In this document: one piece after another, positions 8,898-18,169 of the stretch | Layout of the letters: each line of letters starts with the position of its first letter | How positions within the stretch are numbered: the first letter of the stretch is position 1 | Source of the DNA: a bacterium | GTDB taxonomy: Bacteria; DUMJ01 | Direction: 5' to 3' | Assembly: GCA_049970495.1 (NCBI GenBank) | Contig: JBMFMV010000032.1 | Span: 1 to 19,889 of the forward strand | DNA: 19,889 nucleotides | Program-made: the position numbers and the translations under genes | The notes under the pieces: model-generated | The model's input: only the letters and a program-made list of their open reading frames with translations | What the model was told of the DNA's origin: nothing | Databases searched by the model: none

Positions 8898-9890
8898 ATG
8901 GAGAGAGTTTTGAGCGGTATAAGACCAACAGGTAAAATGCATCTTGGTAATTATTTTGGAGCTGCCATAAACTGGGTAAAGATGCAAGATGAATACGAAT
9001 GTTTCTTCCCTATAGTAGATTGGCATGCACTCACTACTAGATATGAGGATATTTCGACATTGTCCCAAGATGTATGGGATCTAATACTTGATCTATTAAG
9101 CATAGGGATAGATCCAGAAAAGAGTGCTCTATTTATACAATCTTTATCTCCAGACCATGCAGAGCTACATATTTTGCTCTCTATGATTACCCCTATAAGT
9201 TGGTTGGAAAGAAATCCTACTTTAAAAGATATGGCTAGAAACCTTGATATAAGAGAGAATTTAAATTATGGACTCTTAGGATACCCTGTACTTATGAGCG
9301 CAGATATTCTTTTATATAAGGCAACTGTGGTCCCAGTTGGAGCGGATCAAATTCCCCATTTAGAGTTAGCTAGAGAGATAGCTCGAAGGTTTAACTACCT
9401 TTATGGAGAAGTCTTCCCCGAACCTCAGCCAAAACTTACTGAAGGTGCCATATTCCCGGGTATTGATGGTAGAAAGATGAGTAAGAGCTATAACAACTAT
9501 ATTGGGGTAACTGAAGAGCCAGAAAGTGTTAAAGAAAAGGTTATGGCAACTATTACAGACCCTCAGAAAATTAGGCTTAAAGATAAGGGCCACCCAGAGG
9601 TGTGCAATATTTTTACATTTCACAAGTTCTTTACCAAAGAATTAGATATAGTAGAGAAAGAATGCAGAAATGGAGATAGAGGATGTGTAGCATGTAAAAA
9701 TGAGCTGTATAATAACTTAATTAACTACTTTGCTCCTATAAGAGAGAAGAGAAATTATTTGCAGGCACATCTTGACCTTGTAAAAGAGATCGTAAGGAAT
9801 GGGCAAGAAAAAGCCAGAAAAGTCTCCTCTGCTACTATCCAAGAGGTGAGAGAGCATATGGGGATGTCATACGGCTTCAGAAGTATTTAG
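8898..9890 (+). CDS. trpS: Tryptophan--tRNA ligase
   Basis: SGIRPTGKMHLGNY (HIGH motif), YPVLMSADIL, VPVGADQ..HLE and KMSKS. SD GGAGG at 8885-8889. Confidence 0.97.
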   Translation: MERVLSGIRPTGKMHLGNYFGAAINWVKMQDEYECFFPIVDWHALTTRYEDISTLSQDVWDLILDLLSIGIDPEKSALFIQSLSPDHAELHILLSMITPISWLERNPTLKDMARNLDIRENLNYGLLGYPVLMSADILLYKATVVPVGADQIPHLELAREIARRFNYLYGEVFPEPQPKLTEGAIFPGIDGRKMSKSYNNYIGVTEEPESVKEKVMATITDPQKIRLKDKGHPEVCNIFTFHKFFTKELDIVEKECRNGDRGCVACKNELYNNLINYFAPIREKRNYLQAHLDLVKEIVRNGQEKARKVSSATIQEVREHMGMSYGFRSI

Positions 9891-10564
9891 CTAACTGCGG
9901 AATAGCTTCAAGAAGGAAGGCAGAAGAACTTATAAAGTCGGGAAGAGTAAAAGTTAATGGTGTTGTTGCCAAAATAGGCGACAAGGTGGATCCGGATGTA
10001 GATCTAGTTGAATTTGATAATACCATACTTAAACCAGTAAAGAAGGAGTACTTTGTGCTAAATAAACCAAAGGATTCGATAACTACTATGTCCGATCCTC
10101 AAGGTAGGATTACTATTGTGGATTTACTAAAGAGAAGTGACTTATTTCATGTGGGAAGACTTGATAAGGATACCCGAGGATTACTTATACTTACAAATGA
10201 CGGTGATCTGGCAAACAGATTATTGCATCCCAAATATGAGGTAGAAAGAAAGTATGTGGTGACAGTTAAGGGGGAGGTAGACAGTGATAAAATAGAGAAA
10301 TTACGTAAGGGTATAGACCTGGAAGATGGTCCTGCTAGATTTGATAAGATTAGGATGATAAAAATTAAAGGTGATAAAAGTATTTTAGAAGTCTCCCTTC
10401 ATGAAGGTAGAAAGAGGATGATTAGAAGAATGTTTGAAGCTATAGGAAACCCTGTGTTAGACTTAGTTCGTATACAGTTTGGTCCTATATGCTTGGGAAA
10501 TTTAAAGGAAGGAGAATTAAGGCCTCTTACTAGAGAGGAGTTAGAAAAATTAAGATGTCTTTAA
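9869..10564 (+). CDS. rluB: RsuA/RluB-family rRNA pseudouridine synthase with N-terminal S4 domain; start codon uncertain (ATA at 9869 proposed)
   Basis: Catalytic VGRLDKDTRGLLILTNDG, NKP, HP.YEV and EGRKRMIRRM. The frame stays open upstream of the track's GTG (9986) and reads IRLQKYLANCGIASRRKAEELIKSGRVKVNG, the S4 domain. Confidence 0.88.
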   Translation: MRLQKYLANCGIASRRKAEELIKSGRVKVNGVVAKIGDKVDPDVDLVEFDNTILKPVKKEYFVLNKPKDSITTMSDPQGRITIVDLLKRSDLFHVGRLDKDTRGLLILTNDGDLANRLLHPKYEVERKYVVTVKGEVDSDKIEKLRKGIDLEDGPARFDKIRMIKIKGDKSILEVSLHEGRKRMIRRMFEAIGNPVLDLVRIQFGPICLGNLKEGELRPLTREELEKLRCL

Positions 10565-11247
10565 TAAATATCGCTTTAGATGGGCCTGCAGGTGCAGGAA
10601 AGAGCACAGTAGGGAAAATAGTATCTCTTAGGCTATCTTATGATTATTTAGATACAGGTATGATATATAGGAGTATCGCCTGGTGGTTTTCTGCTATGGG
10701 ATGGGAGGAGGGGATGGATATCTTGCAACTTACCTCCGAGTTAGAAATTATCTCTGGGAGTGAACCAGGATTCTGTAGGATTGCTATTAATGGAATAGAG
10801 CCTCCTTTTGATAGAATATACTCTAGAGAGATAACTGAGCTATCTTCAAAAATCTCGGTACATAAAGAGATAAGAGATATAGTAAATAAGATAACTAGAG
10901 TTTTTGCTAAATTGAAGGGAATGGTTATAGAAGGAAGAGATATAGGGACAGTAGTACTACCAGAGGCTGAGGTAAAGATATTCCTGACAGCTTCAAACGA
11001 AGAATTGGCTAAAAGGAGATATAATGATCTTCAGAAGATGGGAGAAAAGGTCTCTTATGAGACAGTATTGTCAGAGATTATAGAGAGAAATACTAGGGAT
11101 AGTACTAGGGAAATAGCACCGCTTAAGGCGGCGCCTGATGCCGTCTATATAGATTCTACTAATCTAAAAATACAAGAAGTAGTAGATAGAATTCTACTAG
11201 TAGTGAAAGATAAGGTAACGGGATGTTTTACTGGATTGCATGGGTAA
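10555..11247 (+). CDS. cmk: Cytidylate kinase
   Basis: IALDGPAGAGKST, YLDTGMIYR, EGRDIGTVVLPEAEVKIFLTAS and RDSTREIAPL. 10-nt overlap with rluB. Confidence 0.96.
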   Translation: MSLINIALDGPAGAGKSTVGKIVSLRLSYDYLDTGMIYRSIAWWFSAMGWEEGMDILQLTSELEIISGSEPGFCRIAINGIEPPFDRIYSREITELSSKISVHKEIRDIVNKITRVFAKLKGMVIEGRDIGTVVLPEAEVKIFLTASNEELAKRRYNDLQKMGEKVSYETVLSEIIERNTRDSTREIAPLKAAPDAVYIDSTNLKIQEVVDRILLVVKDKVTGCFTGLHG

Positions 11248-11801
11248 TACTTAGAACATTTCTTACGCTATTTTGTAGGTATAGAATAGAGGGTTTGGAG
11301 AACGTTCCTCGTGAAGGAGGAGTTATTTTAGTTGCTAATCACAGAGCTATGATGGATCCAATAGTTATAGGATGTAGTATCCATTTTAGAAGAACTTATT
11401 TTATGGCTAAGGAGGAACTTTTCAGATTTAAGCCATTTGCTTTTCTTATTAGGGCTTTGGGTGCATTTCCAGTAAAAAGGAAGAAAGTTGATAGGACTGC
11501 ACTATACACTGCAGAAGCCATACTTAGAGAAGGGAAATTGCTACTAATATTTGGTGAGGGGACAAGGAATCGGGACCTATCTAAAGTGTTAGGAGAATTG
11601 CATTCTGGTTTTGTGTATCTAGCTACAAAGACTAATGTTCCCGTAGTACCTGTATACACATTTAATACTCATCAAATTTTTTTTAAAATCTTCCGCTGGC
11701 CAAAGGTAATAGTCAGGTTTGGAAGACCTATAGTAGAAAAAGAAGACCTTTTAGAGAAAACAAGGTCTGCTCTTATTGAGCTTGGTGCGGGTGGTGAATA
11801 G
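11223..11801 (+). CDS. plsC: 1-acyl-sn-glycerol-3-phosphate acyltransferase
   Basis: NHRAMMD (HxxxxD), FMAKEELF, GAFPVKR and FGEGTR. Usual position after cmk, with a 25-nt overlap. Confidence 0.9.
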   Translation: MFYWIAWVILRTFLTLFCRYRIEGLENVPREGGVILVANHRAMMDPIVIGCSIHFRRTYFMAKEELFRFKPFAFLIRALGAFPVKRKKVDRTALYTAEAILREGKLLLIFGEGTRNRDLSKVLGELHSGFVYLATKTNVPVVPVYTFNTHQIFFKIFRWPKVIVRFGRPIVEKEDLLEKTRSALIELGAGGE

Positions 11802-13598
11802 ATGAGATTAGAAAATATAAGAAATTTTAGCATAATAGCACATATAGATCACGGGAAATCTACGCTAGCAGATAGGTTTTTAGAGAAAACCAATTCTATG
11901 CCTAAGAAAAAAGTTGCCGAAGAGCAAGTCCTTGATCAGATGGATCTAGAGAGAGAAAGGGGAATTACTATAAAGTCTCATCCCGTAAGGATGTATTATA
12001 TCTTAAATGAAGAAGAGTATGAATTACATCTTATCGATACACCAGGTCATGTGGATTTTTCTTATGAAGTATCTAGAAGTTTAGCCGCCTGTGAAGGAGC
12101 TATACTTGTAGTTGATGCAACTCAGGGGATAGAGGCGCAGACATTAGCTAACTATAATCTGGCTCTTGAGAACGGGTTAGTCTTGGTTCCAGTTATAAAT
12201 AAGATAGACCTTCCAGGAGCCGAAGTAGAGAGAGTAAAGAGACAATTGATAGATTCTTTAGGATTCTTAGAAAATGAGATACTCTTAGTTAGTGCTAAAG
12301 AGGGGATAGGGGTGGACGAATTACTAAGGACTATTATAGAAAGAATTCCACCACCAAAGGGAGATGTAAATAAAACTCTAGAGGCGTTGATATTTGATGC
12401 CTATTTTGATCCATACAGAGGGGTAGTGGTTTATACTAGAGTCTTTAACGGTATTGTAGAAAAAGGCATGAAGATTAAGATGATGTCAACTGGTGCAGTC
12501 TATGAGGTAGATGAAGTTGGCTATTTCTCCTTCGGATTACATCCAACAGATTCATTAAAGGCGGGAGAAGTTGGATACATCATAGCTAATATAAAAAATG
12601 TAAAGGATGCACAGGTAGGGGATACGATAACTGATGCTAATTCTCCTGTAGAAAAACCTCTTCCTGGATTTAAAAGAATAAAACCTATGGTCTATTGCGG
12701 ACTCTTCCCTCAGGAGTCTAATCAGTATGAGGACCTTAGAGAAAGCCTAGAAAAATTACAGTTAAATGATCCTGCATTAGTTTTCGAGCCAGAGAACTCA
12801 GAGGCTCTAGGTCCTGGATTTAGATGTGGCTTTCTAGGGACTCTACATATGGAAATAGTTGAGGAAAGGTTAGAAAGGGAATATGGAGTAAAATTGGTAG
12901 CTACTGCACCTAATGTTGTATACAGGGTATATACTAGGGATGGGAATGTCTTAGAGATAAATAATCCATCCCAGTTTCCACACTATGGCTTAATAGAGAA
13001 GGTAGAGGAACCATATGTTAAGGTGTCTATTATAAGCCCATCAGAATTCATAGGGTCAGTTATGGAGCTATGTCTTGGGAAAAGGGGGTCTCTTATAGAA
13101 ATGAACTATATAGACCCTATGAAGGTAGTATTCATATATGAACTACCCTTAAGCGAAGTAATATTTGACTTCTTTGACAAGTTGAAATCTGTAACTCGTG
13201 GTTATGCATCTTTAGATTACGAACCTATAGGATTTAGAGAGTCTGATCTAGTAAAACTAGAGGTACTTGTGAAAGGCGAACCAGTAGATGCTCTAAGTAT
13301 TATTACTCACAGGGATGAAGCAGAGAGAAAGGGTAGAGAGATAGTTAAAAGATTGAGGGCTCTTATACCTAGACAGCTCTTTGAAATCCCTATTCAGGCC
13401 TCAGTAAATGGTAAAATTATAGCTAGGGAGAATATTCCGCCATTAAAAAAGAATGTATTACAAAAATGTTATGGAGGGGATGTTACTAGAAAGAAGAAGT
13501 TATTGGAAAAACAAAAGGAAGGGAAAAAAAGACTGAAACAGATAGGGCAGGTAGAGGTTCCTCAAGAGGCATTTTTAGCTATCCTTAAAAGTGAATAA
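11802..13598 (+). CDS. lepA: Elongation factor 4
   Basis: [54 protein letters not shown] and [23 protein letters not shown]. Confidence 0.98.
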   Translation: MRLENIRNFSIIAHIDHGKSTLADRFLEKTNSMPKKKVAEEQVLDQMDLERERGITIKSHPVRMYYILNEEEYELHLIDTPGHVDFSYEVSRSLAACEGAILVVDATQGIEAQTLANYNLALENGLVLVPVINKIDLPGAEVERVKRQLIDSLGFLENEILLVSAKEGIGVDELLRTIIERIPPPKGDVNKTLEALIFDAYFDPYRGVVVYTRVFNGIVEKGMKIKMMSTGAVYEVDEVGYFSFGLHPTDSLKAGEVGYIIANIKNVKDAQVGDTITDANSPVEKPLPGFKRIKPMVYCGLFPQESNQYEDLRESLEKLQLNDPALVFEPENSEALGPGFRCGFLGTLHMEIVEERLEREYGVKLVATAPNVVYRVYTRDGNVLEINNPSQFPHYGLIEKVEEPYVKVSIISPSEFIGSVMELCLGKRGSLIEMNYIDPMKVVFIYELPLSEVIFDFFDKLKSVTRGYASLDYEPIGFRESDLVKLEVLVKGEPVDALSIITHRDEAERKGREIVKRLRALIPRQLFEIPIQASVNGKIIARENIPPLKKNVLQKCYGGDVTRKKKLLEKQKEGKKRLKQIGQVEVPQEAFLAILKSE

Positions 13599-14721
13599 AA
13601 TAGCCATTTATATCCATATACCATTCTGTATAAAAAAATGTTTATACTGTGATTTTTTCTCTTTTAGATTCGATATATCTCTTTTTCACCAATATACCAA
13701 GGCTCTTATAAAAGAGTTAAAGTTGAATCTAAATAAAGACTATTCTGTAAGAACTATATATTTAGGAGGTGGGACTCCAAGTATCCTTCCTTTAGACGAT
13801 CTTGAAGATATCATAGAGACTATTTTTAAGTTAGTAAAAGTAGAAGAAGATTTTGAATTTACTATTGAGGTAAATCCAGGGACAATAGATAGGGAAAAAT
13901 TAAAGGAATATAGAAACTTTGGGATAAATCGAATAAGTATTGGGATCCAGTCTCTCAATGACGAAGAGCTAAAAGTTTTAGGCAGGATTCATTCTTCTAA
14001 AGAAGCGCTAGAGGCTTTAGATATGGCTATAAGTGTAGGCTTTGAGAATATAAACGCAGACCTAATATATGGAATTCCAAACCAAACTTTAGAAAGCTGG
14101 AGAGATACTTTGGGAAAGACGCTGAAAAGAGAAGAACTTACTCATATATCTATATATGGGCTTATGTATGAACCGGGAACTCCCTTATATAAAGCTCTTA
14201 TTAATGGTAAGATAGAACCTATGTCTGAAGACATAGAAGTTGAGATATTTAACGTAGCCCAAGAAATTTTGAGTAAATACGGATTTATATGGTATGAGAT
14301 ATCCAATTATGCTAAGAAGGGTTATGAGTGTAGGCACAATTTGACTTACTGGAGAGGAGAGAATTATTTAGGATTTGGTCCTTCAGCTCATTCTCTCATA
14401 GGCAATATCAGATATTCTAATACTCCTAATATAAAAGCTTATGTAGAGTTGTTACTCAACAATAAGACCCCTAAGATCTGGGAAGAAAAACTTTCACCTT
14501 TAGAAAAGGCAAAAGAATTAGTTATATTAGGACTGAGATTGAGAGAAGGAATATCACTTGGCGTAGTTTATAAAAGAACAGGGATAAATATAGAGGGTAT
14601 CTTTTCAGAAAGTATAAAGAAACTTGTCTCTCAAGGACTGCTTTACAAAAGAGAGGACAGAATAGCATTGACAGAAAAAGGCAGATTGTTGGGAAATTTA
14701 GTCTTTGAGGAATTTTATTAA
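13591..14721 (+). CDS. hemW: Radical SAM family heme chaperone HemW
   Basis: GTG start. [16 protein letters not shown] (CxxxCxxC), GGGTPS, YEISNYA and the HemW signature HNLTYW. Conserved position after lepA. Confidence 0.93.
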   Translation: MNKIAIYIHIPFCIKKCLYCDFFSFRFDISLFHQYTKALIKELKLNLNKDYSVRTIYLGGGTPSILPLDDLEDIIETIFKLVKVEEDFEFTIEVNPGTIDREKLKEYRNFGINRISIGIQSLNDEELKVLGRIHSSKEALEALDMAISVGFENINADLIYGIPNQTLESWRDTLGKTLKREELTHISIYGLMYEPGTPLYKALINGKIEPMSEDIEVEIFNVAQEILSKYGFIWYEISNYAKKGYECRHNLTYWRGENYLGFGPSAHSLIGNIRYSNTPNIKAYVELLLNNKTPKIWEEKLSPLEKAKELVILGLRLREGISLGVVYKRTGINIEGIFSESIKKLVSQGLLYKREDRIALTEKGRLLGNLVFEEFY

Positions 14722-14727
14722 ACCTTA

Positions 14728-14766
14728 TGGTACAATATAAAACAACTAGATTAGGTACAAGGAGGT
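14728..14766 (+). promoter_or_regulatory. Extended -10 (TG-G-TACAAT, 14728-14736) and strong SD (AAGGAGGT, 14759-14766)
   Basis: Motifs read directly in the 51-nt gap after hemW. No good -35. Confidence 0.6.
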
Positions 14767-14772
14767 ATTCTC

Positions 14773-15606
14773 ATGGAAGAAAATATAAAAATACCTGAGA
14801 TAGAGATAGCTGGGGTTAAGGTTTCCCGTCTTATTTGTGGTACTAATACATTTAATGGTTATTCTCACTTTTCCAAAGCAAAAGACGAATGGTTAAAGAG
14901 ATATTTTACTGTTGAGAGGATTGTAGAGGTCTTAGAAAAGTGTCAGGAATTAGGAGTAACAGCTCTTTTGGGTCCCATTAATGAAAAGACCTGTCAAGTT
15001 CAGGAAGAATTGAAAAAGAGAGGAAAACAGCCTATGGTATGGATTTCAACGACTTTAGGTTGGTTAGAGAAGGAAAAACTCAAGGAGGAGACTAAGATTG
15101 CTAGTGAAGTAGGTAATAAACTTCACGCTATACATTGCAGTTTTGTGGATTCTCATTTGGTATCTTCTAAAAACAGGATTGAAGACATAGAAGACCTATT
15201 AGCTTATATAAGAGAGCTGGGGATGATTCCAGGGATAAGTACCCATAGACCTGAAACCTTGACAGTGCTTGCTAACAGCAATTATGATATAGAATTCGTA
15301 ATATTGCCATTTAACTCTATTGGCTTTTTGTCCAATCTAGAAGTTAACTGGATAGCTAAGATGATAAGAGAATCCCCTAAGCCCATAATAATTATTAAAC
15401 CACTAGCTGCTGGACGACTTATGCCAGAACAAGGCATCCCTTTTGTTTTAGATAATATAAAAAAGATAGACGCTGTGGCTATAGGAGTTATGAGTCCAGA
15501 AGAGGTAGAAGAAGATGTAACAATATTCTTAGATACGCTAAGGAATATACATACTGAAAGGGATTTACTTAGTACTCCGAGTAAGTCTACAGTAACGCTA
15601 AGATAA
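14773..15606 (+). CDS. Uncharacterised aldo/keto-reductase-like TIM-barrel protein
   Basis: 277 aa. N-terminal VSRLICGTN, middle MIPGISTH and C-terminal IKPLAAGRL resemble the AKR fold. The DTAxxY motif is absent. Confidence 0.6.
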   Translation: MEENIKIPEIEIAGVKVSRLICGTNTFNGYSHFSKAKDEWLKRYFTVERIVEVLEKCQELGVTALLGPINEKTCQVQEELKKRGKQPMVWISTTLGWLEKEKLKEETKIASEVGNKLHAIHCSFVDSHLVSSKNRIEDIEDLLAYIRELGMIPGISTHRPETLTVLANSNYDIEFVILPFNSIGFLSNLEVNWIAKMIRESPKPIIIIKPLAAGRLMPEQGIPFVLDNIKKIDAVAIGVMSPEEVEEDVTIFLDTLRNIHTERDLLSTPSKSTVTLR

Positions 15607-15675
15607 AAGTTTGCGATCTAACTACAGCAGATAAACTTCCAGATAAAATGGGCATCAAGAAGGGTTTTAGTGTAG

Positions 15676-15706
15676 TATAATGGAAGAAATTTTTAGAAAG
15701 GAGTGA
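15676..15706 (+). promoter_or_regulatory. -10 element TATAAT (15676-15681) and SD AAAGGAGTGA (15697-15706)
   Basis: Consensus -10 about 30 nt before the TTG start. No clear -35. Confidence 0.5.
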
Positions 15707-15710
15707 GACT

Positions 15711-16259
15711 TTGGATAGAGAGTTTGCACTTTCTTTACTAAATAGGTATGTAAAATCAGATAATCTAAAGAAACATATGCTTGCAACTGAAGCTATAATG
15801 AGAGTTTTAGCTAAAAAGTTTAGTCAAGATGAAGATACTTGGGGCATAGCTGGTCTTATACATGATATAGACTATGAGTTGTGTGGAGACGACACATCTA
15901 AACATGGGGTATTGTCAGAGGATATACTTAGAGAAGCCAATTTCCCAGAAGAGATTATAGGAGCAGTAAAGGCACATGTAAAAGGTGTAGAGGTTGATAG
16001 TAATCCAATGCATATAGCCTTATGTGCTGCGGATGCGGTAAATGGTCTTATAATTGCAGGGGCTCTAATAAAGCCAGAGAAGAGTCTAAATGCTATAGAT
16101 ACTAAATTTATAATGAAGAGATTTAAAGAGAAAGCATTTGCAAGAGGAGCAAATAGAGAAGAAATAAGACTTTGTGAGAAACTTGGATTAAGCCTAGAAG
16201 AATTTATAACAATTTCTCTTACTGCTATGCAGGAAATCCATGAAGAACTAGGATTATAA
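15711..16259 (+). CDS. HD-superfamily (HDIG-type) predicted metal-dependent hydrolase
   Basis: TTG start. KHMLATEAIMR, GLIHDIDYE, HG, AH, AADAVNGLI and KRFKEKAFARGANREEI. Confidence 0.88.
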   Translation: MDREFALSLLNRYVKSDNLKKHMLATEAIMRVLAKKFSQDEDTWGIAGLIHDIDYELCGDDTSKHGVLSEDILREANFPEEIIGAVKAHVKGVEVDSNPMHIALCAADAVNGLIIAGALIKPEKSLNAIDTKFIMKRFKEKAFARGANREEIRLCEKLGLSLEEFITISLTAMQEIHEELGL

Positions 16260-16269
16260 GGAGGTATTT

Positions 16270-16911
16270 ATGGATACTAGTAGGGATTGGTATAAAGGAT
16301 TGTTAATGGAAAGAGTGGTGGAAAATTTAAAGAAGAGGGGGTTTAATGCATTTTGGAGTAGGACTAAAGAGGAGGCTAAGGATAAGTTATTAGCGATTAT
16401 CCCTAAGACAGCTAAAGTTGGTATAGGAGGTTCTGTAACTATAAGGGAGTTAGGTATAATAGATGAACTGACAAATAGGGGAAACATAGTGGTGCATCAT
16501 TGGAAATCAGGGCTTTCTTCAGATGAAGACTTCCAGATTAGAAGAGAGGAATTGATTACCGATGTATTCTTAGCTAGTACTAATGCTATTACAATAGATG
16601 GGGTCATAATAAATACTGATGGGGTAGGAAATAGAGTAGCAGGGATGATATTTGGTCCAAAACATGTTATCTTAGTAACAGGAATTAACAAGATAGTTAA
16701 AGATATAGATGAGGCGATATGGAGGATAAAGAATATTGCTACTCCTATGAATGCTCATAGATTAGGATTAAATACTCCTTGTGCGAAGCTTGGCTACTGT
16801 ATAAATTGCTCTTCTAATGTGAGTATTTGTAGAGTAACCACTATAATTGAGCATAAACCTTCTAAAACAGACTTTACTATAATTCTAGTAGCTGAAGAGT
16901 TAGGCTATTAA
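16270..16911 (+). CDS. LUD-domain (lactate utilisation-like) protein with Cys-rich C-terminus
   Basis: NLKKRGF, GGSVT, FLASTNAITIDG.IINTDGVGNRVA, FGP, GINKIV, TPCAKLGYCINC and LVAEELGY. SD AAGGAGGT upstream. Confidence 0.85.
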   Translation: MDTSRDWYKGLLMERVVENLKKRGFNAFWSRTKEEAKDKLLAIIPKTAKVGIGGSVTIRELGIIDELTNRGNIVVHHWKSGLSSDEDFQIRREELITDVFLASTNAITIDGVIINTDGVGNRVAGMIFGPKHVILVTGINKIVKDIDEAIWRIKNIATPMNAHRLGLNTPCAKLGYCINCSSNVSICRVTTIIEHKPSKTDFTIILVAEELGY

Positions 16912-18147
16912 ATGGTAAAAGAACAAAGAAATAGTATCTTAATAAGGTCCTTTCTCTTTTTTTATTATGCCGCTTGGGCACTAGTATTCTCTTTTATTCC
17001 TATATACCTCAAAGAATTGGGACTTTCAATAGGTGAAATAGGTTCTCTTTCAGCCCTTTCTGCTTTTATAGGAGCTCTTATTCAAACCCCTATCGGTAGC
17101 TTGTCTGATAAGATAAGGAAAAGAAAACCCTTTATTATCTTAGGCTTATTAGTAAATAGTCTTATATATTTCTTCTTATTTCCCAAATTAAGTGTTTATA
17201 AAGATTTCTTACTCATCTATACAGTTATTGGGCTATGTACGTATACTATCCTAACCGCTTCTAGTGTACTTATGGTAGACCTTAGCACTTCAGGAGAGCT
17301 AGGTAGAGGTTATGCTTCAAGTAGAATGTGGGGGAGTATTGGATTTCTAACAAGTATACTTCTAAGTGGACTGATAACTACATTAACTCAGGGCAAGGCT
17401 ATCTTTACAGTTATAAGTATCATATTTTTACTATCTGCCCTATTGGTGTCTCTTATAAAGGAACCGGAGAGGAAGGTAAATGTCCTAGTTCCTCAAATAA
17501 GAGGTTTTAGAAGATTAGTAACAAACAAACAGCTACTTAGCTTTCTACTTTTTTATTTCCTTTACTATACGACCCTTACTGGTGCCTCAAATAATGTCAA
17601 TCTCTTAGTAAAATCTTTAGGCGGCTCTAATAGAATGGTAAGTTTCTCTTATGCTATTAGTTCAGGGATAGAGATACCATTTATGTTTATTATGGGAAGT
17701 TTTTCAGATAAGATGGGTAGAAGACCCCTTTTAGTATTGGCATCTTTGGCTCTTCCATTAAGAATGATTTTATATAGTATGGCATCAAACCCCATACATA
17801 TTTTATGTATTCAGACTATGCATAGTGTTACTTTTGCTGTCATGGTAGTTGTTCCTGTAGCTTACATAAATGATATTATTCATGTTGAGGAGAGGGGAAC
17901 TGCTCAAGGAATGTTTAATATGACAACTGGCTTTGCTTCTGCGTTTGCTCCGTTTCTAGCTGGCTATATAGCAGATTTTGTTGGCATTTCTAAAATGTAT
18001 CTTTTCCTTATGCTACTGGCACTTGTCTCTAGTATCTGGTTAATCTGTTTTATTGAAGAATCTAGAGCCTCTAATACCCTAGTAGAAGATGGTTTTAAAT
18101 TACCTTTAAGGGTATTTTTTACCCCTTTATGTAGAAGAGTTAAGTGA
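16912..18147 (+). CDS. Major facilitator superfamily transporter
   Basis: 411 aa, about 12 hydrophobic segments. Motif A in both halves (GSLSDKIRKRK, GSFSDKMGRR), plus RMWGSIGF and EIPFM. Abuts the upstream stop codon. Confidence 0.92.
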   Translation: MVKEQRNSILIRSFLFFYYAAWALVFSFIPIYLKELGLSIGEIGSLSALSAFIGALIQTPIGSLSDKIRKRKPFIILGLLVNSLIYFFLFPKLSVYKDFLLIYTVIGLCTYTILTASSVLMVDLSTSGELGRGYASSRMWGSIGFLTSILLSGLITTLTQGKAIFTVISIIFLLSALLVSLIKEPERKVNVLVPQIRGFRRLVTNKQLLSFLLFYFLYYTTLTGASNNVNLLVKSLGGSNRMVSFSYAISSGIEIPFMFIMGSFSDKMGRRPLLVLASLALPLRMILYSMASNPIHILCIQTMHSVTFAVMVVVPVAYINDIIHVEERGTAQGMFNMTTGFASAFAPFLAGYIADFVGISKMYLFLMLLALVSSIWLICFIEESRASNTLVEDGFKLPLRVFFTPLCRRVK

Positions 18148-18151
18148 GTAG

Positions 18152-18160
18152 TGGTATAAT
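18152..18160 (+). promoter_or_regulatory. Consensus extended -10 promoter TG-G-TATAAT
   Basis: Perfect TGnTATAAT, 9 nt before the ATG at 18170, with no SD in between. Confidence 0.7.
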
Positions 18161-18169
18161 AATCTAGCT

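Noticed and set aside
9986..10564. ORF-track start of the pseudouridine synthase at GTG 9986
   Set aside because: It would cut off 39 in-frame codons encoding most of the conserved S4 domain.
10555..11801. Motif variants in Cmk (EELAKRR) and PlsC (FGEGTR) as signs of inactivation
   Set aside because: The Cmk P-loop and the PlsC HxxxxD and EGTR core are intact, so these are likely ordinary variation.
13591..14721. HemN coproporphyrinogen dehydrogenase
   Set aside because: The short length without an N-terminal extension, HIPFC and HNxxYW indicate HemW.
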